Shown piece by piece: positions 20,201 through 29,070 of a stretch of DNA of 64,000 nt. The notes beneath the pieces are model-generated. The model did no database searches. It had not been told where the DNA came from and worked only from the letters and a program-made list of their open reading frames with translations. The first letter of the stretch is position 1, and each line of letters begins with the position of its first letter. Source of the stretch: Flavobacteriales bacterium (lineage in GTDB: Bacteria > Bacteroidota > Bacteroidia > Flavobacteriales_F > PHOS-HE28); contig JACJZG010000012.1 in the NCBI GenBank assembly GCA_020635715.1, forward strand, positions 24,680-88,679, read 5' to 3'. Position numbers and translations under genes: made by a program.

Positions 20201-23200
20201 AGCGTCAGCTGCATGGCATCGGTAGCGTTGTTACAGGATCCCGGCGCGCTGATGGTCAGTGTCAGATTGCCGATGGCCGTATCGATCGCGCTGGGGATGT
20301 AGGTCGGCGTGAGCACATTGGGGTTCGGGTAGAAGGAGCCGGTTCCCGAAGTGCTCCATTGCACTTGGCTGGCATCACCGCTCAGCTGTCCGTTCAATTG
20401 CGTCACCGCATTGTTCGCACAAGCCGTAACGTCCAGGCCCGCGTTCACCGTCCCTTCCGGTTGGATGGCGATGAAGAGCGTGTCGGCCCCAGGCGCGCAT
20501 ACACCCGTGTTCGTCGCGGTGAGGACCAGGTAGGCACCGCCCGCGAGCTGATCGTTGGCGCTGGCCTGGTACACGTTGCTGAGGGCGGTGTTCGCATTGG
20601 CGAAGCCGCCGCTGCCCAGGGTGCTCCAGGTACCACTGCTGCTGGCGCCGCTCACGGTTCCGTTGATCACCACATCCAGATCACCGAAGCAGGTGACTTG
20701 ATCGGCGCCCGCATTCACCACGGATTCCGGTGTGATCGTCAGCACCATCTGGTCCATCGCATTGTCGCAACTGTTCACGCTCCAGGTGAAGGTGAGCGTG
20801 CCTTGCGCCGCATCGCCAGGTGCGAGTTGGTACACCGCGTTGGCATCAGCAGCGCTCGGCAAGAAGCTGCCCGCGCCCGTGCTGGTCCATTGACCTTGGG
20901 TCGCGTTGCCGGTGATCGTGCCGCTCAGTTGGATCGAGCTGGTGCTCGCGCAGATCGTCTGATCCACGCCGGCGTTCGCGATCGCGTTCGGCAGGATGGT
21001 GATCGTCATTGCATCGCTGACCGCGGTGCAGAGACCGTTGTTACTGCTGCTCAGCGTGAGCTCAACCGATCCGTTCAGCGAATCGAGGCTGCTGGCGATG
21101 TAGGTCGCGTTCAGCGCCGTCGGGCTTGGGCTGAAGAGGCCCGTGCCGCTTGTGGTCCATTGACCTGTGGTCGCCCCGCCTTGCACGGTGCCGTTCAAGG
21201 GCACTTGCAATTGGTTCGAGCAAGTGGTCACATCCGCTCCGGCGTCCACCACCGGCGATGGCGTCACGGTGATCATCATCTGATCACTCACCGCCGTGCA
21301 GTTGCCATTGCCGGTCGTCGTCAGCGTGAGCTGCACGCTGCCGGATCCCAGTTCGAACGAAGAAGGCACGTATTGCGCGTTGAGCGTCTGGGCGTTCGGC
21401 GTGAAGGTGCCGAGGCCGCCGCTCCATTGCGCGCCAGTGGCCACGGTGACCGCGCCGTTCAGCGTCACCACCGCGTTGTTCATGCACATGTTCTGGTCCA
21501 CGCCTGCGTTCACGGTCGGGGCCGGGGTGAAGGTCACGACCACCGTATCGCGCACGGCGAGGCAGTTGCCATTGCCGGTGCTGGTGAGGTAGAGTGAGAG
21601 CGTTCCCGCGGCGAGTTCACCGGCGCTCGGCGTGTACACCGGGCTCAGCACGTTGGCGTTCGGTGCGAAGGATCCGCTGCCGCCCGTCCAGGTGCCACCG
21701 CTGGCGTTGGTGACGTTGCCGGTGAGCTGCACCGCGCTGTTGTTCGCGCAGATCTGCAGATCGCTGCCGGCATCCACGATGGGCGCACCGGTGAAGACGA
21801 TCGTCATCTGATCCGTGACGGCATTGCAATACGCCGTGCCTGTCGAGCTCAAGGTGAGCGTCACGCTGCCTGCGGCGATCTCGGCCGCCGTGGGCGCGTA
21901 TTGCGTGGCCAGCATGGTGTTGCTCGGGAAGAAGGTCCCTGCTCCACCGCTCCACGCACCGCCCGGCGCATTGCCCACGAAGCCGTTCAGCTGCACGTTG
22001 GAGTTGTTCGCGCAGATCTGCTGGTCCGGACCCGCGTTCACGACAGGAACAGGATCCACAAGCACGATCAGGCTGTCGCGCACGATGGCGCAGTTGCCAT
22101 TGCCCGTGCTGCTCAGCACAAGTGTGAACTGACCGGATGCGATCTCCGCTGCCGTTGGGAAGTAGGTCGCGTTCAGCGCAGCGTTGCCGGGTGTATAGGA
22201 TCCATTGCCGCCGGTCCAGATGCCGCCGGTGGCCACAGTGACCGCACCGCTCAGGCTCGCCTGCGCCGCGTTCGCGCACACATGTGCATCAGGACCCGCG
22301 TTCACCGTGGGTGCGGGCGTGAAGACCAGTTGCACCGAATCCTGGGTGGACACGCAGCCTCCGTTACCGGTGCTGGTGAGGAAGAGCCACACCTGTCCGC
22401 TCGCGATCTCGGCCGCGCTGGGCGTGTAGGCCGCGTTCAACGTGTTGCTGTTCGGGCTGAAGGCGCCGGAGACACCGCTCCAAACGCCACCCGTTGCGTT
22501 GGCCACCGAGCCATTGAGCTGGGCCACCGCGTTGTTCGCGCACAAGGTCTGCGGCGATCCCGCTTCCACGACCGGCGCGGCCGTGATGGTCAGCACCACC
22601 TGGGAGGCTACCGCGTTGCACAGGCCGTTGCCGGTGCTGGTCAACGTGATCGTGGCCGTACCAGCCGCGATCTCCGCGTTGCTCGGCGTATAGGTCGCGC
22701 TCAGGTTCGTGTTGCTCGGCGAGAAGGTGCCCGCGCCGCTCCAGATACCGCCCGTTGCGTTCTGCACGGAACCGGCCAGTTGCACCGCAGGGTTGTTCGC
22801 GCAGGAGGTCAGCGGCGTGCCTGCGTTCACGATCGGCGACGGGATGATGGTGATCACCACCTGGTCGCTTACCGGGTTGCAAGTACCGTTGCCAACGGTC
22901 GTCAGCGAGAGCGTCACAGTGCCTGCGGCGATCTCCGACGCGCTCGGCGTGTAGGTCGCGTTCAGCGTGCCGTTGTTCGGCGAATACGTGCCGTTGCCTC
23001 CGCTCCACAGCGCACCCGTAGCCACGGTGATCGCACCGTTCAGTTGCACCGAAGCGTTGTTCGCACAGGTGAAGAGGTCCGCACCGGCGTTCGCGGTGGG
23101 CGCCGGTGTGAAGGTGTAGGTCACGTCATCGCTCACCGCCGTGCAACCGTTGTTGCCCGTGGTGGTCAAGGTCAGCGTTACGCTACCAGCCGCCAGTTCA

Positions 23201-26200
23201 CCAGCGGAAGGCGTGTACAGCGCGTTGAGCGCGTTGGCGTTCGGGGTGAAGGTTCCGCCCGCTCCGGACCAGGTACCGCCGCTCGCGACGGTCACACTAC
23301 CGTTCAATTGGATGCCCGCGTTGTTCGCGCAGCGCACGCCGTCAGCACCGGCGTTCGCGGTGGGCGAAGCAGTGAAGGTGATGAGCACCTGATCCGATAC
23401 CGGCACGCAATTGCCATTGCCGATCGTCGTAAGGGTCAGGGTCAAGCTACCTGCGGCGACTTCCGCTGCGGTCGGCGTGTAGATCGCGTTCAGCGAAGCG
23501 ATGCTCGGCGAGAACGTTCCCGCACCACCACTCCATTGGCCACCACCCGCACCGCTCACGGAACCGCCGAGCTGCACGTTGGGGTTGTTGGAGCAGACCG
23601 CGATGTCATTGCCCGCATTGGCCACCGGCGATGCGATGATGGTGATGACCATCTGGTCGCTTACCGCATTGCAGAGGCCGTTGCCGGTGCTCGTCAACGT
23701 CAGCGTCACCGTGCCCAGGGCCAATTCCGCCGGGCTCGGCAGGTATGTCGCATTCAGCGTGTTCGCGTTCGGCGTAAAGCTGCCACTGCCACCGCTCCAC
23801 ACACCACCGGTCGCGATGGTCACAGAGCCGTTCAGGACGACCGTCGGATCGTTCGCGCACACGGTGCGGTCGATGCCGGCGTTCACCACGGGGCTCTGCG
23901 AGAAGAAGATCGTCATCTGATCGCTCACCGCCTGGCAGGTACCGTTGCCGGTGCTCGTCAGCGTGAGCGTCACGGAACCGTTGGCGAGTTCCGAGGTGCT
24001 CGGCGTGTAGGTCGCGTTCAGCGCATTGATGCTCGGTGAGAAGGTGCCCGTGCCGCCGCTCCAGATGCCGCCGCCCGCGTTGCTCACGGTACCGGCCATC
24101 TGCACTGTGGCATTGTTGGAACACACGGTCTGGTCCACTCCCGCGTTCACCACCGGCGAAGGCGCGATGGTGATCGTCATCTGGTCGCTCACCGCGTTGC
24201 ACAGACCGTTGCCGGTGCTGGTCAGCGTGAGCGTCACCGTACCTGCGGCCACTTCACCCAGCGTTGGCGTGTAGGTGGCATTCAGGTTCGTGTTGCTCGG
24301 GTTGAAGGTGCCGGAACCGCCGCTCCACACGCCGCCCGTGGCGTTGTTCACCACACCGGCCAATTGCGCGGTCGATTGGTTCGCGCAGGTGGTGATGTTC
24401 GCACCGGCGTTCGCGATCGGCGTAGGTGTGATGGTGATGGTGATCTGGTCGCTCTCCGGATTGCTGTTGCCGTTGCCCACCGTGGTGAGCGTCAGCGTCA
24501 CCGTGCCGGCCGCGATCTCAGAAGCGCTCGGTGTGTAGATGGCGTTCAGCGCACCGCTGTTCGGGTTGTACGTGCCCGTGCCACCGCTCCAGATACCCCC
24601 GGTGGCGATGGTCACCGCACCGTTCAGTTGTACGGTTACATTGTTCGCGCACACCGTCTGATCCGGACCTGCGTTCGCCGTCGGCGCAGCACCGAAGGTG
24701 ATCGTCATCTGGTCCGTTGAAGGCGAACACGCGCCATTTCCCGTGGTGATGAGCGTCAGCGTCACGCTGCCCGACGCGATCTCCGCAGGGGTCGGTGTGT
24801 ACACCGCGTTCATCGTGCTGTTGTTCGGGCTGTAGGTGCCCGCGCCGCCGGTCCATTGCGCACCGGTGCTGATGCTGAAGCTGCCCGCGAGCGTGGTGTT
24901 CGCGTTGTTGCTGCTCACCGTCTGATCCGGACCCGCGTTCGCGACCGGCGCCTGGGTGTAGGTGATGGTCACCGCATCGCTCACGGCGGCGCAGTTGCCG
25001 TTGCCGGTCGTCGTCGCGATCAGCGTTACGGAGCCGTTCACCACTTCGATGGGCGAGGGCGAATACGTGATGTTCTGCGCGGTGCTGCCCGGACTGTACG
25101 CACCGGTCCCCCCGGACCACTGCACACCGGTGGCCACCGTGATCACGGCGCCCAGCGTGGCGGTCGCGTTATTGCCGCAGACCGACTGGTCCACACCGGC
25201 GTTCACCGTCGGTGCGGGGGTGATCGTGTAGGTCACGTTGCTCGAGACCGCATTGCACTGGCCGTTGCCAGCAGAGGTCAGCGTGAGCGTCACCGTACCG
25301 GCCGCGATCTCCGCCGCGGTCGGCGTGTAGGTCGCGTTCAGGGTGATGTTGTTCGGGCTGAAGGAACCCGCACCACCGCTCCACACGCCACCGGCAGCAC
25401 CGGTCACGGCACCGTTCAGAGCGATCGCCGGAGCGTTCGCGCACACGCTTCCATTGGCGCCAGCGTTCACGATCGGCGCAGGCGTATAGGTGATGATCTT
25501 GGTGTCCGTGGCGGGCGTGCAGTTGCCGTTGCCCGTCGTGGTCAGTGTCAGCGTCACCTGGCCAGCAGCGAGGTCACCCGCGCCGGGGTTGTAGGTGGCG
25601 TTCAGCGTGTTCGCGTTCGGCGTGAAGGTGCCCGTACCGCCGCTCCACACACCGCCGGTTGCTACGATCACGCTTCCGCCAAGCGCTACTGCAGCATTGT
25701 TCGCGCAGCGCGTTACATCCGGACCGGCGTTCGCCGAAGGCGGATCGGTGAAGGTGAGCAGCACCTGATCGGTGGCGGCGTTGCACAGGCCGTTGCCCGT
25801 GGTGGTCAGTGTCAAGGTCACGCTGCCCGCTGCGATCTCCGCCGCGGTCGGCGTGTAGATCGCGCTCATGTTCGTCGTGCTCGGATCGAAGGTCCCCGCG
25901 CCGCCGCTCCAGATACCGCCCGTGGCGATGGAGAAGGCGCCGGACAATCCAGTGGCTGCGTTGTTCGCGCAGAGGACGCGGTCCGCGCCCGCATTGGCCG
26001 TCGGGGCAGGCGTGATGCTGTAAGTCACCTGGTCGCTCACGGCGTTGCAATTGCCGTTGCCCGTGGTGGTCAACGTCAGCGTTACAGTGCCAGCGGTACG
26101 TTCCGCCGCGCTCGGCGTGTACACTGCGTTCAGCGTCGTGTTGTTCGGGTTGAAGGTTCCCGTGCCGCCGCTCCAGGCAGCACCGGAAGCACCGGTCATC

Positions 26201-29070
26201 ACACCGGCCAGCGTGATGTTCGCGTTGTTCGCGCACACCGTGCCGTTCGCACCGGCATCCACCGTGGGCGCATCCGTGAAGGTGATCACCTTGGTGTCGC
26301 TCACGGCATTGCAGTTGCCGTTGCCCGTGGTGGTCAGCGTCAGCGTGAGGCTGCCGAGGGCGAGTTCCGATGGCGTAGGCGTGTAGGTCGCGTTCAGCGT
26401 GGTGTTGTTCGGCGTGAAGGAGCCCGCGCCGCCGCTCCAGATGCCGCCCGTGGCCACACCAACGGTACCGCTCAGCGCGACCGCCGCGTTGTTGCGGCAC
26501 ATCGATACATCGGCGCCCGCATCCACGGAAGGACTTGGCGTGAAAGAGAGCACCACGTTGTCGCTCACCGCCACGCAGTTGTTGTTGCCCGTGGTGGTCA
26601 GCGTCAGTGTCACCGAGCCGTTGGATATCTCCGCGGCGGTAGGCGTGTACGTAGCGTTCATCAAGGTGGCGCTCGGGCTGAAGGTTCCCGATCCACCGCT
26701 CCAAACGCCACCGGTCGCCACCGTGAACGAGCCGTTCATCGTGGCCACCGCGTTGTTGGCGCAGAGTGACTGGTCAGCACCCGCGTTGACCGTCGGCGCA
26801 GGCGTGATGCTGAAGGTCACGTTGTCGCTTACCGCGTTGCAATTTCCGTTGCCGGCGGAGGTCAGCGTGAGCGTCACGGTACCGGCGTTGCGCTCGGCAA
26901 CGGTCGGCTGATAGGTCGCGTTCAGCGTGGTATTGTTCGGCGAGAAAGTGCCCGCACCGCCGCTCCAGATCGCGCCGGTCGCGCCGCTCACTGATCCGTT
27001 CAAGGTGATGAGCGAGTTGTTCGCGCACACGGTGCCGTTCGCACCGGCGTCCACAACCGGAGCAGGTGTGAAGGTGATCGTGCGTGTGCTGGTCACGGCG
27101 TTGCAATTGCCATTGCCGGTCGTCGTCAGCGTGAGCGTCAACGTACCGGCTGCGAGTTCAGCTGGCGTCGGCGTGTACACCGCGTTCAAGGTGGTGTTGT
27201 TCGGCGTGAAGGATCCCAGGCCGCCGCTCCACACACCTCCTGTGGCACCGGATACGGAACCGGTCATCGTCACCTGCGGGTTATTCACGCAGATGGAGAT
27301 CGGCGCTCCAGCGTTCGCCACAGGCGCCGGCGTGAAAGCGATCGTGATGTTGTCGCTCACTGCCACGCAATTGTTGTTGCCCGTGGTGGTCAGCGTGAGC
27401 GTCACGGAGCCCGTCGCGATCTCGGCCGCGGTCGGCGTGTAGGTCGCGTTCAGGTTCGTGGTGCTCGGCGCGAAGGTGCCCGCACCGCCGCTCCAGATGC
27501 CGCCGGTGGCCACCGTGACGGAACCCGCCAGGGTCGCCACCGCATTGTTCGCGCAGAGGCTTTGATCCGGACCAGCGTTCACGGTCGGTGCCGGAGTGAT
27601 GCTGTAGGTCACTTGATCGCTCACCGCGTTGCAGTTGCCGTTGCCCACCGTGGTGAGCGTGAGTGTCACGGTACCGGCCGCGCGCTCCGCAGCGCTCGGT
27701 GTGTACACCGCGTTCAGCGTGGCGTTGTTCGGACTGTATGTGCCCGTACCGCCGCTCCAGACCGCGCCCGTTGCGCCGCTCTGCGAACCAGCCAGCGCGA
27801 TGGACGCGTTGTTCGCGCACACCGTGCCGTTAGGGCCAGCATCCACCGTGGGCGCAGGCGTGAAGGTGATCACGCGGCTGCTCTGCACCGGATTGCAGGT
27901 ACCGTTGCCGGTGCTCGTCAACGTGAGGGTCAAGGTGCCTCCGGCGATCTCAGCGGCCGTGGGTGTGTAGGTCGCGTTGAGCGTGCTGTTGTTCGGGTTA
28001 TAGGTGCCCGTTCCGCCGCTCCACACGCCGCCCGTCGCACCGCTCACGCTGCCGTTCAGGCTCACTTGCGCATTGTTCGCGCAGAGCGAGATCGGCGCGC
28101 CGGCGTTCACCACCGGTGCAGCTGTGAAGTTGATCGTCATCTGATCGGCGACGGCGGTGCAGTTGCCGTTGCCGGTCGTGGTCAGCGTCAGCGTGACAGA
28201 ACCGTTCGCGATCTCCGCAGCGCTTGCCGTGTAGATCGCGCCCATGTTCGTGGTGCTCGGATCAAAGGTTCCCGCACCGCCACTCCAAACCCCGCCCGTC
28301 GCGACCGTGAACGAACCGTTCAGTGCAACCGCAGGATTGTTCGCGCAACGGGTCGCATCGGCACCCGCATTCACCGTCGGTGAAGGCGTGATGGTGAAGG
28401 TCACCGCATCGCTCACGGCGTTGCAATTGCCGTTGCCCACGGTCGTCAGCGTCAGTGTCACGGTACCGGCCGCGCGCTCGGCAGCGGTCGGCGTGTACAC
28501 CGCGTTCATCGTGGCGTTGTTCGGGTTGTAGGTGCCCGCGCCACCGCTCCAGATCGCGCCCGTGGCACCGGTGAAGGCTCCGTTCAGGCTGATGTTCGCA
28601 TTGTTCTCGCATACACTCGCATCAGCTCCCGCGTTCGCGGTAGGCGCGGGCGTGAACGTGATCACGCGGCTGCTGGAGACCGGGTTGCAATTGCCGTTGC
28701 CCGTGCTGGTCAGCACCAGCGTAACGGTGCCCGCGGCCAGGTCGGCAGCGCTCGGCGTGTAGGTTGCATTGAGCGTGGTGTTGTTCGGGGAAAAGGTGCC
28801 GGAACTGGCGGTCCAGGCGCCGCCGGTAGCACCATCACACTGCTCAAGCTCACCTGCGCATTGTTGGCACAGAGCGATATCGGCGCGCTTGCGTTCACTG
28901 AAGGCGCATCGGGCGACGCGATCACCATCTGGTCCGTCGTTGCGTTGCAGGTCTTGCTGCTGGTCGTGGTCAACGCCACGATGCTGCGGCGATTCCGCTG
29001 CGCTCGGCGTGTACACCGCGCCCATGTTGGTGGTGCTCTGGACCAAAGGTGCCTGCACCCCTGCCCACAC
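17296..29070 (-). CDS. Giant T9SS-secreted repeat adhesin (SprB-class), the in-frame 3' 11.5 kb. The true reading frame is continuous only up to about 28,834.
   Basis: Single 3,924-codon ORF containing 40 tandem 88-aa modules (consensus ...P-x-P-x-[VA]-[ND]-A-G-x-D-x-x-x-C-x-N-N...A-T-G-G-x-W-S-G-G-x-G-T-F-x-P...L-N-A-x-Y-T-P...T-L-T-L-T-T-T-G-N-G-x-C...), then 2 PKD-like domains and a type B sorting domain. The listed Met at 29070 is in a wrong-frame extension and has no signal peptide. Confidence 0.85.
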   Translation of the reverse strand: MWAGVQAPLVQSTTNMGAVYTPSAAESPQHRGVDHDQQQDLQRNDGPDGDRVARCAFSERKRADIALCQQCAGELEQCDGATGGAWTASSGTFSPNNTTLNATYTPSAADLAAGTVTLVLTSTGNGNCNPVSSSRVITFTPAPTANAGADASVCENNANISLNGAFTGATGAIWSGGAGTYNPNNATMNAVYTPTAAERAAGTVTLTLTTVGNGNCNAVSDAVTFTITPSPTVNAGADATRCANNPAVALNGSFTVATGGVWSGGAGTFDPSTTNMGAIYTASAAEIANGSVTLTLTTTGNGNCTAVADQMTINFTAAPVVNAGAPISLCANNAQVSLNGSVSGATGGVWSGGTGTYNPNNSTLNATYTPTAAEIAGGTLTLTLTSTGNGTCNPVQSSRVITFTPAPTVDAGPNGTVCANNASIALAGSQSGATGAVWSGGTGTYSPNNATLNAVYTPSAAERAAGTVTLTLTTVGNGNCNAVSDQVTYSITPAPTVNAGPDQSLCANNAVATLAGSVTVATGGIWSGGAGTFAPSTTNLNATYTPTAAEIATGSVTLTLTTTGNNNCVAVSDNITIAFTPAPVANAGAPISICVNNPQVTMTGSVSGATGGVWSGGLGSFTPNNTTLNAVYTPTPAELAAGTLTLTLTTTGNGNCNAVTSTRTITFTPAPVVDAGANGTVCANNSLITLNGSVSGATGAIWSGGAGTFSPNNTTLNATYQPTVAERNAGTVTLTLTSAGNGNCNAVSDNVTFSITPAPTVNAGADQSLCANNAVATMNGSFTVATGGVWSGGSGTFSPSATLMNATYTPTAAEISNGSVTLTLTTTGNNNCVAVSDNVVLSFTPSPSVDAGADVSMCRNNAAVALSGTVGVATGGIWSGGAGSFTPNNTTLNATYTPTPSELALGSLTLTLTTTGNGNCNAVSDTKVITFTDAPTVDAGANGTVCANNANITLAGVMTGASGAAWSGGTGTFNPNNTTLNAVYTPSAAERTAGTVTLTLTTTGNGNCNAVSDQVTYSITPAPTANAGADRVLCANNAATGLSGAFSIATGGIWSGGAGTFDPSTTNMSAIYTPTAAEIAAGSVTLTLTTTGNGLCNAATDQVLLTFTDPPSANAGPDVTRCANNAAVALGGSVIVATGGVWSGGTGTFTPNANTLNATYNPGAGDLAAGQVTLTLTTTGNGNCTPATDTKIITYTPAPIVNAGANGSVCANAPAIALNGAVTGAAGGVWSGGAGSFSPNNITLNATYTPTAAEIAAGTVTLTLTSAGNGQCNAVSSNVTYTITPAPTVNAGVDQSVCGNNATATLGAVITVATGVQWSGGTGAYSPGSTAQNITYSPSPIEVVNGSVTLIATTTGNGNCAAVSDAVTITYTQAPVANAGPDQTVSSNNANTTLAGSFSISTGAQWTGGAGTYSPNNSTMNAVYTPTPAEIASGSVTLTLITTGNGACSPSTDQMTITFGAAPTANAGPDQTVCANNVTVQLNGAVTIATGGIWSGGTGTYNPNSGALNAIYTPSASEIAAGTVTLTLTTVGNGNSNPESDQITITITPTPIANAGANITTCANQSTAQLAGVVNNATGGVWSGGSGTFNPSNTNLNATYTPTLGEVAAGTVTLTLTSTGNGLCNAVSDQMTITIAPSPVVNAGVDQTVCSNNATVQMAGTVSNAGGGIWSGGTGTFSPSINALNATYTPSTSELANGSVTLTLTSTGNGTCQAVSDQMTIFFSQSPVVNAGIDRTVCANDPTVVLNGSVTIATGGVWSGGSGSFTPNANTLNATYLPSPAELALGTVTLTLTSTGNGLCNAVSDQMVITIIASPVANAGNDIAVCSNNPNVQLGGSVSGAGGGQWSGGAGTFSPSIASLNAIYTPTAAEVAAGSLTLTLTTIGNGNCVPVSDQVLITFTASPTANAGADGVRCANNAGIQLNGSVTVASGGTWSGAGGTFTPNANALNALYTPSAGELAAGSVTLTLTTTGNNGCTAVSDDVTYTFTPAPTANAGADLFTCANNASVQLNGAITVATGALWSGGNGTYSPNNGTLNATYTPSASEIAAGTVTLSLTTVGNGTCNPVSDQVVITIIPSPIVNAGTPLTSCANNPAVQLAGSVQNATGGIWSGAGTFSPSNTNLSATYTPSNAEIAAGTATITLTSTGNGLCNAVASQVVLTITAAPVVEAGSPQTLCANNAVAQLNGSVANATGGVWSGVSGAFSPNSNTLNAAYTPSAAEIASGQVWLFLTSTGNGGCVSTQDSVQLVFTPAPTVNAGPDAHVCANAAQASLSGAVTVATGGIWTGGNGSYTPGNAALNATYFPTAAEIASGQFTLVLSSTGNGNCAIVRDSLIVLVDPVPVVNAGPDQQICANNSNVQLNGFVGNAPGGAWSGGAGTFFPSNTMLATQYAPTAAEIAAGSVTLTLSSTGTAYCNAVTDQMTIVFTGAPIVDAGSDLQICANNSAVQLTGNVTNASGGTWTGGSGSFAPNANVLSPVYTPSAGELAAGTLSLYLTSTGNGNCLAVRDTVVVTFTPAPTVNAGVDQNMCMNNAVVTLNGAVTVATGAQWSGGLGTFTPNAQTLNAQYVPSSFELGSGSVQLTLTTTGNGNCTAVSDQMMITVTPSPVVDAGADVTTCSNQLQVPLNGTVQGGATTGQWTTSGTGLFSPSPTALNATYIASSLDSLNGSVELTLSSSNNGLCTAVSDAMTITILPNAIANAGVDQTICASTSSIQLSGTITGNATQGQWTSTGAGSFLPSAADANAVYQLAPGDAAQGTLTFTWSVNSCDNAMDQMVLTITPESVVNAGADQVTCFGDLDVVINGTVSGASSSGTWSTLGSGGFANANTALSNVYQASANDQLAGGAYLVLTATNTGVCAPGADTLFIAIQPEGTVNAGLDVTACANNAVTQLNGQLSGDASQVQWSTSGTGSFYPNPNVLTPTYIPSAIDTAIGNLTLTISAPGSCNNATDAMQLTLTPAPYVNAGPDQTYCNAVTQFNLNGAISGITNVGQWTTTGTGTIANAGALNTTYTASAADIANGSITFTLSSLDNANCNPVTDQMTIYLTDGIITNAGPDQNVCVLSDHANLLGSIQNGSPSGTWTSTGTGTFEPSADALNAQYFFSAADVTNGSVVLTLTATNTGTCPSTQDAMVITFGNSSYAYAGADQVLCANAPIAQLAGNYSGGSSGITWSTSGTGSFSNITDPGATYTMSGADITAGSVQLTLTTITSGACAVSSDVVLLSVNPLPNINAGADIIACTAAPVQLTANVANAGGGTWTTSGTGTFFDPNALATLYLPSAADSLAGSVTLTVTTIGMAPCSAVSDELVISFGGGLAAVAGADVVACSTDPNIALNGAVAGTTTGTWSTSGTGSFMPNANALNATYIPGAADYAIGNINLVLSTTNNQGCPAGRDTLVVSYHVPPTVNAGADVLLCNGLEDVQLNGTAQNQGSVQWTTMGSGSFQPSADVLNAVYTATANDSIAGGVYLVLTAFGTGTCGNAADSVFIDIGPTRIANAGADQTVCADMDPIALGGSITGVSGGVWSTSGTGTFLPDATTLGAAYVPSSTDMAFNELRFILTTTGNMGCPADTDTMRVSLQAVPTVNAGSDLSTCDASAPVDLSGSFTGASGIQWSTNGAGVFLPSNTAANASYQPGATDEQLGTVRMVLTTTGNGVCAAVSDTLMLSFVNPLQPAFGVTNACAGSITSFMDASTTSGSAIIGWSWDLGNGVPVNGPEASTSFTEPGEYTVTLTVFAQNGCSASITRTVEVLDAPVAGFTISGELLTETEIAFTDTSVGATNWHYDFGDGGGSLLAEPVHAYETPGQYIIVQTVTNANGCTDRDSLLIKVEVKDILPPKLPNAFSPNGDGVNDVFYVRGGPFETMHLRVFNGWGELIFETEDPTFGWDGTHDGQPEINGVYVYSVVATTKDGTVHDRSGKISLIR
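17299..17556 (-). other. T9SS type B C-terminal sorting domain (gliding-motility-associated CTD, TIGR04131-like)
   Basis: LPNAFSPNGDGVNDVFYVRGGPFETMHLRVFNGWGELIFETEDPTFGWDGTHDGQPEINGVYVYSVVATTKDGTVHDRSGKISLIR* matches the PNxFxPNGDGxND...WDG...G.Y.Y...R pattern. Confidence 0.8.
17557..18066 (-). other. Two PKD-like domains
   Basis: F-x-D-x-S...W-x-[WF]-[GD]-[DL]-G...H-x-[YF]...G-x-Y-x-V-x-L-x-V...G-C patterns (WSWDLGNG...GEYTVTLTVFAQNGC; WHYDFGDG...GQYIIVQTVTNANGC). Confidence 0.7.

Noticed and set aside
19597-26769. Plus-strand ORFs of 666, 712 and 637 codons inside the giant gene
   Set aside because: They are mirror-frame ORFs of the repeat array. They are R/G/H/A-rich and repeat with the same 264-nt period as the true minus-strand modules, so they are not independent genes.
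28835-29070. ATG at 29070 as the true start of the giant protein
   Set aside because: The first ~78 residues (MWAGVQAPLVQSTTNMGAVYTPSAAESPQHRGVDHDQQQDLQRNDG...) are module sequence read partly out of frame. There is no signal peptide, which a T9SS cargo requires, and the real coding continues upstream in other frames.
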